A stretch of DNA of 64,000 nt, from positions 1,796,537-1,860,536 of the forward strand of contig CBDHGH010000003.1 of NCBI GenBank assembly GCA_965263065.1, read 5' to 3'. Of this stretch, positions 44,355-55,000 are shown piece after piece. The DNA comes from Dehalococcoidia bacterium. GTDB lineage: Bacteria > Chloroflexota > Dehalococcoidia > Bin125. The position numbers were made by a program, and so were the translations under genes. The notes under the pieces were generated by a model. It had not been told where the DNA came from. It saw nothing but the letters and a program-made list of their open reading frames with translations, and did not search any database. Each line of letters begins with the position of its first letter. The first letter of the stretch is position 1.

Positions 44355-45303
44355 CTAGACGCGCCGCGCCCCGTCCGGCTCCGCCGCTTCGACCGGCGCC
44401 TCGGGGTTCGCGTACTCGAAGCCGTAGATCTCGTCGAGCAGCGCCAGCAGCGCCATCATCGCGCGGCTCTGCAACCGCCGCTTGCGATAGATCAGCGCGA
44501 TGCGGCGCCGCAGCGGCTCCGTCTCCGCGATCTCGATCGCGACCAGCGTGCGCGCCTCCAGCTCGTGCGCCACGGCGACGCGCGGCAGGAAGGCCAGCCC
44601 CAGCCCCCGCATCACCAGGTGCTTCGCCATCTCCAGGCTGTCGACGTCGAGGCTCTGCCGCGGCGCGATGCCCCGCTCGCGGAAGATGGCCTGACTGATC
44701 GCGTGGTACGACGAGTCCACGTCGAAGAAGATCACCGGCTCCAGCGCCAGATCGGCGACGGTCGTGGGGCCGCGCTGCGCCAGCGGGTGCCGCGACCCCG
44801 CCATCAGCGCGATGTCGTCCTCGTACAGCGGCACCGTCTCGATGTCGGGGTGCGTCAGGTAGCGCTCGAAGCCCACCTGCACCTCGTCGGCCAGCACCAG
44901 CGCCTGCACTTCCTCCGACCGCCCCGTGCGGATCGACACCTCCACGGCCGGGTAGCGCTCGCTGAACTGCTGCAGGATGCCCGGCAGCACGTACGTGCCC
45001 ACCGTCGGCGCCGTGCCGATGGTCAGGTGGCCGCTGTTCACGTTGCGCAGGCCGGCCAGGGCGTCGCGCCCCTCCTCGACCGCCCGCAGCGCGCGCTGCG
45101 CGTAGGGCAGGAACGCCTCGCCCGCGTCGGTCATGCGGATCGTGCGGCCCAGCCGCTCGAACAGCGGCTCGCCGAGTTCCCGCTCCAGCGCCTGGATGCG
45201 CGCCGTGACGGTGGGCTGCGTCAGGTATAGCGACTCCGCCGCTCGCGAGAACGAGAGCTTCGTCGCCACCCGCACGAACGCCTCGAGCCGGCCGATCTCC
45301 ACT
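44355..45303 (-). CDS. LysR-family transcriptional regulator
   Basis: N-terminal wHTH (LEAFVRVATKLSFSRAAESLYLTQPTVTARIQALE) and LysR substrate-binding domain. Start probably GTG near 45303; the listed ORF to 45524 carries an Arg/Pro-rich extension. Confidence 0.8.
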
Positions 45304-45450
45304 GCGCGCTCCCGCCCCGCGTCGCCGCCCGCGGGTCCCCCGTCGAGTGATGCAAGTATAGGCCGACGGGTGCGCCGTATCGACAGGCCCGATGGGATGC
45401 GCCGGCATCGGACGCAGGCCCGACGGCGGCGCGGAACCTCACCCCCTAAC

Positions 45451-45480
45451 CCCCTCTCCAGCTGAAGCGCTGGAGAGGGG
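45451..45480. repeat. GC-rich palindromic element CCCTCTCC...GGAGAGGG (same family as 48201..48222 and 48266..48287)
   Basis: 12-bp perfect stem CCCCTCTCCAGC / GCTGGAGAGGGG with a 6-nt loop. Related CTCTCC/GGAGAG hairpins flank the substrate-binding gene on both sides. Confidence 0.4.
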
Positions 45481-45664
45481 GGACCGGAAGGGCAATGGGG
45501 GCGAGAGTCCGGGGTCGGCGCCACCGCCTAGCCCCCTCTCCCCTCCGACCCCCCCGCTCCGTTGCTCGGCAATGGAGCGGGGGTTCGGGGGCGAGGTTCC
45601 CCCGCGCGATCGCACGCCGGAACCCCACGAGTGACACAGGGGGGGGTTCCAACAGCGCCCGAAT

Positions 45665-45740
45665 CCGAAAAATTCGGTGGATAACCCCATAATTTCCTTC
45701 CTATTTGACATAACGGGGGGGGGGGGTGCACTCTTATAAT
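45665..45740 (+). promoter_or_regulatory. AT-richer regulatory region: CCGAAAAATTCGG palindrome, TTGACA ... G12 tract ... TATAAT
   Basis: Perfect inverted repeat at 45665-45677. TTGACA at 45705-45710 and TATAAT at 45735-45740, separated by 24 nt that include an uninterrupted run of 12 G (45715-45726). This is the only strongly AT-enriched segment near the ABC operon start. Confidence 0.35.
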
Positions 45741-45813
45741 GTGCGATACTGTGCGTGCTCACGCACCGAGCGATCCCACAAAGGGACAGCCGGGGACCGG
45801 AAGGGAACATGTG

Positions 45814-48192
45814 ATGAGCCGCCGGAACTATTGGACGACCCTGCGACAGCGGAAGATCTCACGCCGCACCATGTTGGGAGCCAGCGCGAAGGCTGGCGTT
45901 GGAGCAGCCGGCCTCGCCCTGGTCGGCTGCGGCGACGACGACGATGACGCCGCACCGGCCGCCGTCGATACGTCGGCGATCGACGCCGCGGCGGGCGACG
46001 CGAGCGCCGCGGCCAGCGCCGCGGGTGAGGCATCGGCCGCCGCGTCCGAGGCGTCGGCCGCTGCGTCCGAAGCCGCCGCCGCGGCTTCGCAGGCGGCCGA
46101 TGCCGCGGCCGACGCCGCCGCCTTGGCCGCCGAGGCGGCCGAGTCGGAGGACGCCGCCAACGCGGCCGCCGCCGCGGAAGCCGCGGCAGCCGCGGCGGCC
46201 CAGGCCGCCGACGCCGCTGGCGCTGCCGGTGACGCCGCCGCCGCGGCCGTGGCGGACGCCGCCGCGCAGGCCGCCGAGGCTGCCGCCCAGGCCGCCCGCG
46301 ACGCGGCCGCCGCGGTCGAGGCCGGCACGGCCACGGCCGAGGCCGCCCAGGCCGCCATCGACGCGGCCGCCGAAGCGGCCGCTGCGGCTGCGGCTGCCGC
46401 CGGGGAGGCCTCCGCCGCCGCCGGCGCGGCCGCCGCCACCGCCCAGGAGACCGCCGAAGCGGCGGCCGAGACCGCCGCCGCGGCCGTCGCCGCGGCCGAA
46501 GAGGCCGCCGACGCGGCCCAGGAGGCCGCCGAGAGCGCGGCCATGGCGGCGGAGGACGACATGCCCGCGGCCGGCGGGCCGGTGTACGGCGGCAAGATCG
46601 TCCGCACTGCCAAAATCGGCATCGAAGAGGGCTGGAACCCGGCCCGCGCCCTCTCGGGCATTGCTGAACACAATTTCCTCCAGTACATCTACGATTATGT
46701 GCTGGGGTTCACCGCCGATAACGGCTCGGGGAAAGCGGAGCTGGCCGAGAGCTGGGAGACCCCGGACGACGTCACCTACCTCTTCAACTTCGCGCCCGGG
46801 CGCGCCCTGTTCCAGGACGGCGCGCCGGTGGACGCCAACGCGATGCAGGCGAACATGGAGTTCCGGCAGACCGACGCCGAAGCCTCCCTCAACGCCCGCA
46901 CCAATTCGGGTATCGCCAACGCGGCATCCTTCGGCGCGGTGGACGACGTCACCTGGCGGATGGTCAACAACGAACCGGTCGGGCCCACCCTCGCGGCGTT
47001 CTGGACCCCCGGACTCTCGGGCTCGTTGATCTCGCCGAACGCCTTCGAAACCGCCCATGAACATCCCGTCGGCGCCGGACCGGCGCGCCACCTGGAGTAT
47101 CGCGTCGGGGAGTACTGGCTGGGGGAGAAGTGGGACGGCTACTGGGATAACGAGCACGTCTACGCCGACCAGCTGGAGACCCGGATCGTTCCCGACGACA
47201 ACAACGCCTGGGCCCAATTCCTCGACGGGGAGGTCTCCTATCAACGTGTCGCCGGTGCCATGACCGACGAACTGGCGGCGGAGTTGGAGGCCGACGGGTT
47301 CCAGGCGGCCCGGGGGATCGACTTTGCTTGGAGCGCCCAGTGGTTCAATATCAATCCGGCGTCCGAGGGCTTCAACATGTTCCGCGACCCCCGCCTGCGC
47401 TGGGCGATCGGCCTCAGCGTGGACCGGGACGTCGTCAACGATCTGGCCGAGCACGGCCAGGGCAAGCCCTCCGTGTGCAACACCAGTACGGAGAGCTGGG
47501 CCATCCGGGAGGGCGCGAACTACTACGACCCGCCCGACCTGGCGAAAGCCGCCCAGCTGCGGGACGCCGCGGGCTTCGGGGACGACAACCCCGTCACCGG
47601 CACCATGCTGTGCTTCACGGAGAGTCGCGCGCTCCGCGGGGCGACGGCGGTCTTCTCCCAACTGCAGCTAAACGGCTGGTCGGGGTTGAACCTCCTGGAA
47701 GGCGCTCAGGGGCCGATCCTGGACGTCTACCGCTCGGGAATCGACTGGATCACCGCCAGCTTCCCCTGGGATTCGCCGTTCGACCCGGACGCGACGATGA
47801 GCCCGTCCATGGAGCTTATCTTCAAGAACTGGCTGTACGGCAGTCCCGAGGGCGGCTCGGGGACCGGGCGCGCCAGCCTGGCGGACTACCCGAACGACCA
47901 AGTGCTGCAGGGCCTCGCGGAGACCGAAGCGTACACCACGGCGGCCACGAAATTCGCCAGCCAGGAGGATCGCATCGAACCCTACGACAAGGCCTTCGCC
48001 AGTTCCGGCGACGGCCACTCCTGGTCCGACCCCGACATCCAAGGACACCGCTGGACGTACCACTGGATTCAGCATTCGGTGGCCTATGGCGCCCAGGGGA
48101 ACCTCGGAGGGTTCCAGCTGAGACCCGTCGATGGCCAGACGGCCTCGTCCAGCGGCGGGCACGGCTACAAGGGGTTGTGGTTCAACGCCTAG
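45814..48192 (+). CDS. ABC transporter substrate-binding lipoprotein, family 5 (peptide/nickel type), with about 215-aa Ala/Glu-rich low-complexity linker
   Basis: Tat-like signal (SRRTMLGASAKAGVGAAGLALVGCG, lipobox). A long poly-Ala linker (AAEAAAAA...), then the family-5 SBP body. RBS GGAAGGGA before ATG 45814. Confidence 0.85.
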   Translation: MSRRNYWTTLRQRKISRRTMLGASAKAGVGAAGLALVGCGDDDDDAAPAAVDTSAIDAAAGDASAAASAAGEASAAASEASAAASEAAAAASQAADAAADAAALAAEAAESEDAANAAAAAEAAAAAAAQAADAAGAAGDAAAAAVADAAAQAAEAAAQAARDAAAAVEAGTATAEAAQAAIDAAAEAAAAAAAAAGEASAAAGAAAATAQETAEAAAETAAAAVAAAEEAADAAQEAAESAAMAAEDDMPAAGGPVYGGKIVRTAKIGIEEGWNPARALSGIAEHNFLQYIYDYVLGFTADNGSGKAELAESWETPDDVTYLFNFAPGRALFQDGAPVDANAMQANMEFRQTDAEASLNARTNSGIANAASFGAVDDVTWRMVNNEPVGPTLAAFWTPGLSGSLISPNAFETAHEHPVGAGPARHLEYRVGEYWLGEKWDGYWDNEHVYADQLETRIVPDDNNAWAQFLDGEVSYQRVAGAMTDELAAELEADGFQAARGIDFAWSAQWFNINPASEGFNMFRDPRLRWAIGLSVDRDVVNDLAEHGQGKPSVCNTSTESWAIREGANYYDPPDLAKAAQLRDAAGFGDDNPVTGTMLCFTESRALRGATAVFSQLQLNGWSGLNLLEGAQGPILDVYRSGIDWITASFPWDSPFDPDATMSPSMELIFKNWLYGSPEGGSGTGRASLADYPNDQVLQGLAETEAYTTAATKFASQEDRIEPYDKAFASSGDGHSWSDPDIQGHRWTYHWIQHSVAYGAQGNLGGFQLRPVDGQTASSSGGHGYKGLWFNA

Positions 48193-48355
48193 CTCCGGTC
48201 CCCTCTCCCTCCTGGGAGAGGGCTAGGGTGAGGGTCCGGCGCAGGCTGAGACCCCCTCACCCTAACCCTCTCCCCAGGGGGAGAGGGGATCAGATTCGGC
48301 GGCCATCATCGTGCCGGCCCGTGAGGACGGGCCAAGACCGAGAGGGGAACCGGCA

Positions 48356-49555
48356 ATGACGACCGCCACCGCGACTCGCACTTGGGAGCCACTGAGCGAG
48401 GTGCGCAAGCGCCTGCGCATCAAGTGGTACCGCTCGCCGATCGACAAGCCGACGCTCTGGGAGTTGATGCAGCGCAGCGACCGCAAGGGGTTCACCCACG
48501 CGCTGGGGCACTTGGGGCTGATCGTGGCGCTGGGGGCGCTGACGGCGGTGGCGTTCGAGCAGGGCTGGTGGGCCGTGTTCGGCGTCGCGCTGTGGTGCTA
48601 CGGGGCCGTGATCGCCTTCCTCCCCGGCCTCGCGACGCACGAATTGGGGCACGGCACCGTGTGCCGGACGCCGGCGCTCAACCAGGGCTTCCTGCGACTG
48701 TTCAGCGTCGTCGCCTGGTTCAACTACAACGAATGGCGTATGAGCCACACGTATCACCATCGCTACACGCTCTTCCCCGCCGGCGACCGCGAAATCCTGC
48801 TGCCGGCGAATCCGACGTTGCATCCGCTGACCCTGCTGCAGATGTTCACCTTCAACGTGCAGGGCATGTTCCGGCTCCTGCACGCGAACGTGCTGATGGC
48901 GCTGGGACGCTTCGACATGAACACGGTCGGCAACGGCGGCGGGGTCGGCACGAACCAGTGGAGCGCGGCGCTCGCCGAGGTGCATCCCGAGACGTACCGC
49001 GCCGCCGTGCGCTGGGCGCGCTTCCTGCTGCTCTTCCACGGCGCCGTGATCGTGGGGTCGATCGTCTCCGGGCTCTGGTGGCCCATGTTCCTGCTCAGCG
49101 GGGGCATCGCCGTCGCCAACGCCTGGAAGTACTTCGTGGCGATGCCCCAGCACAACGGCATGCGTGACAACGTGCCCGACTTCCGGCTCTGCGTCCGCAC
49201 GGTCAAGCTCGACCCGGTGTCCTCGTTCCTGTTGTGGCACATGGAATGGCACCTCGAGCATCACATGTTCGCGGGCGTGCCGTGCTACAACCTGAAGCGG
49301 CTCAGCCACGAAATCGCGGACGATCTGCCGGAGCGGCGCTCGGTGCTCGGCGCATGGCGCGAGATGCGCTACGCCTGGAAGCGCCAACAGACCGAGCCCG
49401 GCTACCAGTGGGACACGCCCCTGCCGCCCACGGCCCGCCCGGCGATGACCAGCGAGGCGGCAGTGGCGGGATTGCCCGCCCCGCCCGAGGGCACGGCCGA
49501 GATGGCGGCGTCGATCGGGGCGCTGGACCCGGACGAGGACCGGGGCCGCGTCTGA
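48356..49555 (+). CDS. membrane fatty-acid desaturase family protein
   Basis: Three His boxes (HELGH, HTYHHRY, HLEHHMF) with interspersed hydrophobic helices. Start at MTTATATRTW with RBS GAGAGGGGA. Confidence 0.8.
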   Translation: MTTATATRTWEPLSEVRKRLRIKWYRSPIDKPTLWELMQRSDRKGFTHALGHLGLIVALGALTAVAFEQGWWAVFGVALWCYGAVIAFLPGLATHELGHGTVCRTPALNQGFLRLFSVVAWFNYNEWRMSHTYHHRYTLFPAGDREILLPANPTLHPLTLLQMFTFNVQGMFRLLHANVLMALGRFDMNTVGNGGGVGTNQWSAALAEVHPETYRAAVRWARFLLLFHGAVIVGSIVSGLWWPMFLLSGGIAVANAWKYFVAMPQHNGMRDNVPDFRLCVRTVKLDPVSSFLLWHMEWHLEHHMFAGVPCYNLKRLSHEIADDLPERRSVLGAWREMRYAWKRQQTEPGYQWDTPLPPTARPAMTSEAAVAGLPAPPEGTAEMAASIGALDPDEDRGRV

Positions 49556-49570
49556 CGGGGCCCTACTCGA

Positions 49571-50533
49571 ATGGCGCGCTACATCACCACGCGGATCGTC
49601 TCCTCGCTGATCATCCTGTGGATCATCAGCATCCTCGTCTTCCTGCTCATGACCGTGTTGCCCGGCGATCCCACGTTGAGCGGGCTGGAGGCGACCCCCG
49701 AGCACCGTGAGCTCCTCCGCGAACGCATGGGCCTGAACGATCCGCTGCCGCAGCGCTACGGCGACTGGCTGTTCCACGCGTTGCAGGGCGATCTCGGGTT
49801 CAGCTTGGCCAAGTTCAACGAGAACATCACGATCAGCAGCGTCTTTTCCCGGCGCATCCCCGCCACGGTGGAGTTGGGCATCTTGAGCCTGCTCGTGGTC
49901 GTGACCGTGGCGGTGCCGATCGGCGTGCTGGCGGCGCTGAAGCCCGGGTCCAAGCGGGAAGTGGCGGCCAGCACGGCCATGATCGTGGGCAACTCGATCC
50001 CGGAGTTCGTCACCGGCATCGCGCTGATCCTCGTGATCGCGCTGCGCTTCGACCTCCTGCCGGTCGGGGGCTACGTCGCCTTCACGGACGATCCGATCGA
50101 GAACCTGAAGCGCATGGCGATGCCGGTGCTGGCCATCTCGCTGACCGCGACGACGCTGCTGATGCGGCAGACGCGCTCGGCCATGATCAACGTGCTCAGC
50201 GACGACTACATCCGCACCGCCCGCGCCAAGGGGCTGCGCGAGCGCGCCGTCGTCGTCCGCCACGGCCTGCGCAACGCCCTGATCCCGGTGATCACGATCT
50301 TCGGCTTCCAGGCCGGGCTGATCTTCAGCGGCGCGGTGATCACCGAGAGCGTCTTCAACATCCCGGGCATGGGCCGCCTGTTCGTCGAGAGCGTCGTCAT
50401 CGAGCAGGACTACCCCGTGATCCAGAACCTCGTCATGTTCTTCGCGATCGCCACCCTGCTCGTGAATCTCCTGGTCGACCTCTCCTACACGCTGATCGAT
50501 CCGCGCATCCGGACGGGCGGGAGGGGCGCATGA
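49571..50533 (+). CDS. ABC transporter permease (DppB/OppB-like)
   Basis: The N-terminal RIVSSLIILWIISILVFLLMTVLPGDP and the EAA-loop region are typical of BPD-transporter permeases. Confidence 0.85.
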   Translation: MARYITTRIVSSLIILWIISILVFLLMTVLPGDPTLSGLEATPEHRELLRERMGLNDPLPQRYGDWLFHALQGDLGFSLAKFNENITISSVFSRRIPATVELGILSLLVVVTVAVPIGVLAALKPGSKREVAASTAMIVGNSIPEFVTGIALILVIALRFDLLPVGGYVAFTDDPIENLKRMAMPVLAISLTATTLLMRQTRSAMINVLSDDYIRTARAKGLRERAVVVRHGLRNALIPVITIFGFQAGLIFSGAVITESVFNIPGMGRLFVESVVIEQDYPVIQNLVMFFAIATLLVNLLVDLSYTLIDPRIRTGGRGA

Positions 50534-51462
50534 GCGGCGACCCGACGCCCGCCGGATCGGCCGTCCCGCCGCTGGCGCGGGCGGGACTGCGCGAGCGCCC
50601 CTGGTACCGCGAAGCGCGCGCGATCGGGCGCGTCTACGGGCGCAACCGCCCGGCCGTCGTCGGCGCCGTGCTGCTGCTCGGCTTCGGGCTGGTCGCGGCC
50701 TTGGCCCCGCTGATCGCGCCCGCCGACCCGTACCTGCCCGCGACCTCGCGCGAGGGCGTCTTCAACCCGCCCAGTTGGGATCACCTCGCCGGCACGGACC
50801 ACCTGGGCCGGGACGTGCTCAGCCGCGTGTTCTTCGGCGCCCGCATCGCCTGGCAGATCGTGCTGGTGGCGACCGGCGTCGCGGTGGGCATCGGCGTGCC
50901 GCTGGGGCTGCTGGCGGGCTACGTGGGCGGCAAGCTGGACGAACTGGTGATCATGCGCTTCATCGACGCCGTCATGGCGCTGCCGGGCCTCGTCCTCATT
51001 CTCGCCCTCACGGGCGCCGTCGGGCCCAGCATCACCAACACGATGCTGATCATCGGGATTGTCTGGTCGCCCGGCTACGCGCGCCTGACGCGGGGCGTGG
51101 TGCTGCAGATCAAGCAGGAGGTCTATGTCGACGCCGCCCGCGCGATCGGCGCGACCCCGGCCCGGATCATGTGGCGGCACCTGCTGCCCAACGTGATCGC
51201 GCCGATCATGGTGCTGGCCTCGCTCTCGGCCGCGGGCATCATCCTCGTCGAAGCGGGGCTCAGTTTCATCGGCGCGGGCGTGCAAGAGCCCACGCCCGCC
51301 TGGGGACGGATGGCCGCCGAGGCGAACAAGACCATCCTCACGCGCAGCGCCTGGCCGATCGCCGGGCCGGCGATCGCGATCATCCTGCTCGTGATGTCGT
51401 TCAACTTCGTCGGCGACGGCATGCGCGACGCGATGGATCCGCGCCTGCGGAATATCCGCTGA
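50530..51462 (+). CDS. ABC transporter permease (DppC/OppC-like)
   Basis: 4-nt overlap with the preceding permease. The N-terminal periplasmic loop and TM pattern of DppC-like permeases. Confidence 0.85.
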   Translation: MSGDPTPAGSAVPPLARAGLRERPWYREARAIGRVYGRNRPAVVGAVLLLGFGLVAALAPLIAPADPYLPATSREGVFNPPSWDHLAGTDHLGRDVLSRVFFGARIAWQIVLVATGVAVGIGVPLGLLAGYVGGKLDELVIMRFIDAVMALPGLVLILALTGAVGPSITNTMLIIGIVWSPGYARLTRGVVLQIKQEVYVDAARAIGATPARIMWRHLLPNVIAPIMVLASLSAAGIILVEAGLSFIGAGVQEPTPAWGRMAAEANKTILTRSAWPIAGPAIAIILLVMSFNFVGDGMRDAMDPRLRNIR

Positions 51463-51469
51463 GGGCGGC

Positions 51470-51793
51470 CTAGGCAAACGGATCGACGTACACGCCGATC
51501 TTGCGGATCACCACGTCGCCCGTGACCGACGTCTGGCAGCCCAGCCGCACCGGCTGCTCAAGCGCCCGGCGGCCGCGCTGCTCCCGCAGCGTGAACTTCT
51601 CCGCCTCCCCCATCGGCGACAGCGCCGCCGCCCCGTCGACCACGCGGAAGAAGCAGTTCGAGCAGCGGCACTGCATGTCGCACTGATTGGGCCAGTAGTA
51701 GCCGGCGTCGCGCGCGGCCTGCATGATCGTCACCCCGGCGGGCACGTCCAGCTCGATCCCCGACGGCTCCACCCGCACGCGCGCCACGCTCAA
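51470..51793 (-). CDS. 2Fe-2S ferredoxin-like protein
   Basis: Cys cluster NQCDMQCRCSNC plus distal LGCQTS, and a beta-grasp-like N-terminus. Confidence 0.7.
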   Translation of the reverse strand: MSVARVRVEPSGIELDVPAGVTIMQAARDAGYYWPNQCDMQCRCSNCFFRVVDGAAALSPMGEAEKFTLREQRGRRALEQPVRLGCQTSVTGDVVIRKIGVYVDPFA

Positions 51794-51809
51794 TCCCCCC
51801 GCCGGCGGC

Positions 51810-51962
51810 TCACTCGTAGTTCGCCTGATCGCCCACGATCTGCGGCCGGTGCAGATCGGTGTACGTCTCCTCGCTGTCGACGCCCAGGGAGCTGTTGATC
51901 AGGATCAGGAACAGCAGCCCCAGCAGCAGCGCCCCAATCCACAGGCCGAGCTTGCGTCGCAT
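51810..51962 (-). CDS. possible 50-aa small membrane peptide
   Basis: Alternative frame to listed ORF 51790..51987. Reads MRRKLGLWIGALLLGLLFLILINSSLGVDSEETYTDLHRPQIVGDQANYE*, one clear TM helix. Below the track cutoff; coordinates approximate. Confidence 0.25.
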   Translation of the reverse strand: MRRKLGLWIGALLLGLLFLILINSSLGVDSEETYTDLHRPQIVGDQANYE

Positions 51963-52025
51963 TGGCACATTCGCACCCTCTGGGCACAGCCTAGCAATCG
52001 CGCCGCCGCGCCCCCGCCCGCGCGG

Positions 52026-55000
52026 CTACTCGTAGCGCAGCGACTCGGCCACCGTCTTGGTCGATGCCTGGTGCGCGGGCAGGTAGGTCAGCACGATCGT
52101 CGCCACGATGGCGATCCCGAAGAACAGCAGCAGCCGCGCGACGGGCACGTAGAAGCTGGCCCCGGCGGTGCTGCCGAAGACCCCCTCGTCGAACAGCCGC
52201 CAGGAGAGCACCAGCGCCATGCTGCCGCCCAGCAGCAGGCCGATCAGCGAGATGAAGCCCATCTCCAGCATCAGCCCCAGCCGCACGTAGCTGGCGCGGA
52301 AGCCGATCGCGCGCAGCACGCCGATCTGCTGCCGCCGCTCCACGACGGCGCGCACCGCCAGCACGCCCAGCGCCGCCAGCCCGGCCACCAGCCCCATCGC
52401 CGTGAAGCCCTGGAAGAGCCCCAGGATGGCGTTGAACGTGTCCTGCTGCTGCTCGAGTTCGTTCTTGATCGACAGCGTCTCCAGTTGCAGCGCCGCCTCG
52501 ATCGCCTGCGCCGTCTCGAGCGCATCGAAGCCGGGCGCCGAGCGCGCGAAGTGGCGCACCTCGTCGGCCGATTCGTAGAGCGCGAAGACGACGTCCTCGT
52601 GCGTGATCAGCGTGGGGCGCACGTCGCCCGGCACGATCGCCGCGATCCCGACCACCTGGTCGATGATGCCGATGATCGTCACCTCCTCGGCCGCCTCCCG
52701 CGCCGAGTTGCTCAGCCGCACCGTCACCTGCGGGATCTGCGCCGCCTGCGGGGTGATCGCCGCGGGCAGCTTGAAGTCCTCGTCGGTGATCGGCCCGAAG
52801 CCGCCATCGGCGGCCGCCAGGGCCGTGGCGGTGATCACGGCGTAGTGCCGGCCGTCGGGCGCGGGCGTGCGCAGCGCCTGCCAGACCGCCCCGTCCGACC
52901 CGAAGCCGAAGGCCCGCGCCTGCAGGATGACGCCGTTCTCGGTCAGGAAGCCGTCGTCGGCGCCGGCCACGAAGAGCTGCCGGAACTCGGTGTCCTCGGC
53001 CGCCTCGACGAACGGCTGTCCGGCGCTGTCGAGCACCAGCTCCTGCGTGAAGCGGTCGAAGGCCTGCGACTCGACGGTCTGGATGTCGGTGCCGTTGCTG
53101 CTGCCCACGAACAGCCGGCTCACGCCCTCGAGCCGGGACGTCAGGTCGCCGGCCCCGGCGTCGTGCAGCGCGGCCGGCAGGTCGTCGATGCCGGAATCGC
53201 GGTCGGCGTCGGCCTGCAGGTGGTAGCCGCCGGCCGCGGTGTCGCTGGTGAACAGCCGCGCGAAGTTGTCGTTGATCGTCGTGAACATGACCAGCGCGAA
53301 CATGATGATCGCGATCATCGCCATCGTCATGCCCGTGCGGAACGGCGCCGTGGCCGGATACGCGACCGCCGTCTGCACGACCGGCCGCAGCCGCCCGAAG
53401 AGCACGCCGACGCCGCGCAGCAGCAGCACGAACACGTCGAGGTTGACGATCACCATGATCACGCCCACGGTGACCATCGCCGCGCCCGAGAGGAAGAACA
53501 GCTCGGGCCCGCCCTCGACGTCGAAGCCCAGCACGCCGTCGTGGAACCAGCCGCCCGCCAGCCAGAAGAACAGCACCACGCCGCTCGCGATGGTGTGCGC
53601 GAAGCGCCCCGGCGTGGGGTAGCGACGCCCCAGCCGTCGCAGCAGCCAGGCCCCGCCGGTCAGCGCCGCCCAGAGCGGGAGGGCCGGCGTCAGCAGGGCC
53701 CGCTTGACGCGCGAACCCGGCAGCCCCGGCCCGCCGATCTGCGCCCCGCCGAAGCGGCGCATCGTCAGCAGCAGGCCCAGCGGCGCCAGCGTCAGCCCGC
53801 CCAGGTAGACGAACGCCGATCCGCCGTCGCCGGTGCTGAGCACCAGGTACAGGCCCAGCAGCGTGCAGAGCGTCCACCACTCCTGCCGCCGCCGCATCAG
53901 CTGCCAGGCCGGCGTGAACAGCCAGCCGCCCAGCCGCTCCCGCCTCCGCGCCGGCAGCGCGCCGGCCAGCAGTCCCCCGCCGACCAGCGTCAGCGGCGTC
54001 GTCCAGAGCAGCGCCAAGCCCAGCGGCGTCGTGAGGATGCCCGAGAACGACACCCGCCGCCGCTCGCGGATCGAGCTCTCCGGGATGTCCCGGATCGCCG
54101 CCACGATGTTCAGCACGCTGACCCGGAAGGACGAGATCGCCACCGTGATGAAGGTCAGCACGATCCCCAGCCCCGCCGCCACGATCACGCTGCGCGGCTC
54201 GACGTGCCGGCTGAAGGTGAAGCCCAGGGCGGCGTCGAAGGCGCTGTTGAGCACCCCCACCATCAGGAATGCGACGCCGATGCCCAGCACCGTCCCCACC
54301 AGCGCCGAGCCGACGTTGTAGGCCATCCCCTCGGCCAGGTAGGTCTCGACCAGGTGGCCGCGCCGCATCCCCACCGCCCGCGCGATGCCCATCTCCGACT
54401 TCCGCTCCTCGGCCAGCAGCACGAAGATCAGGAAGATCAGCAGCACCCCCGCCGCGATCGAGAACAGCCCCATCAGCAGGAACAACGACGTGAACAGCGA
54501 GCCGAACAACTCGGCCGCCGCGACGTTGTTCTTCTTCAGCGGCGTCGATTCGAAGATGTGGCGGTCGAGGGCGTCGGCGTAGACGCGCTGATCGACCGGG
54601 ACGCCGCCGTCGCGCTCCGCGATCGCCTGGTCGCGCAGGAAGATGTTGAGCGCGGCGTCGATCTCGTCCGAGAGCTCCAGCGCGCCCGTCTCGCCACCCA
54701 CCACCGCGACGCCCACGCCGTCCATCGCGCCCGGCTGGCCGAAGATCTCCTGCGCCGCCCCCAGCCGGATGACGCCGCCCTGCGGGTTGAGCAGGTCGAT
54801 CTGCCCGCTGACCAGCGTGTCCTTCGCGATGCCCACCACGCGGAAGGGGTGCTCGACGCCCCGCGCCCGCACCAGCACCTGGTGCCCGGGCTGCGCCGCC
54901 AGCTCCTGCGCCGCCGAGGCGTTGAGGATGATCGACGTCGGCCCGAGGCCACCCAGGTTCAGCGGCGCGCCGTCGATGCCGGGGATGCCGCCGATGGCGT

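Noticed and set aside
45705-45740. Calling the TTGACA/TATAAT pair a functional sigma70 promoter
   Set aside because: The 24-nt spacing is non-canonical. It is kept only as a regulatory-region candidate whose G12 tract needs read-level verification.
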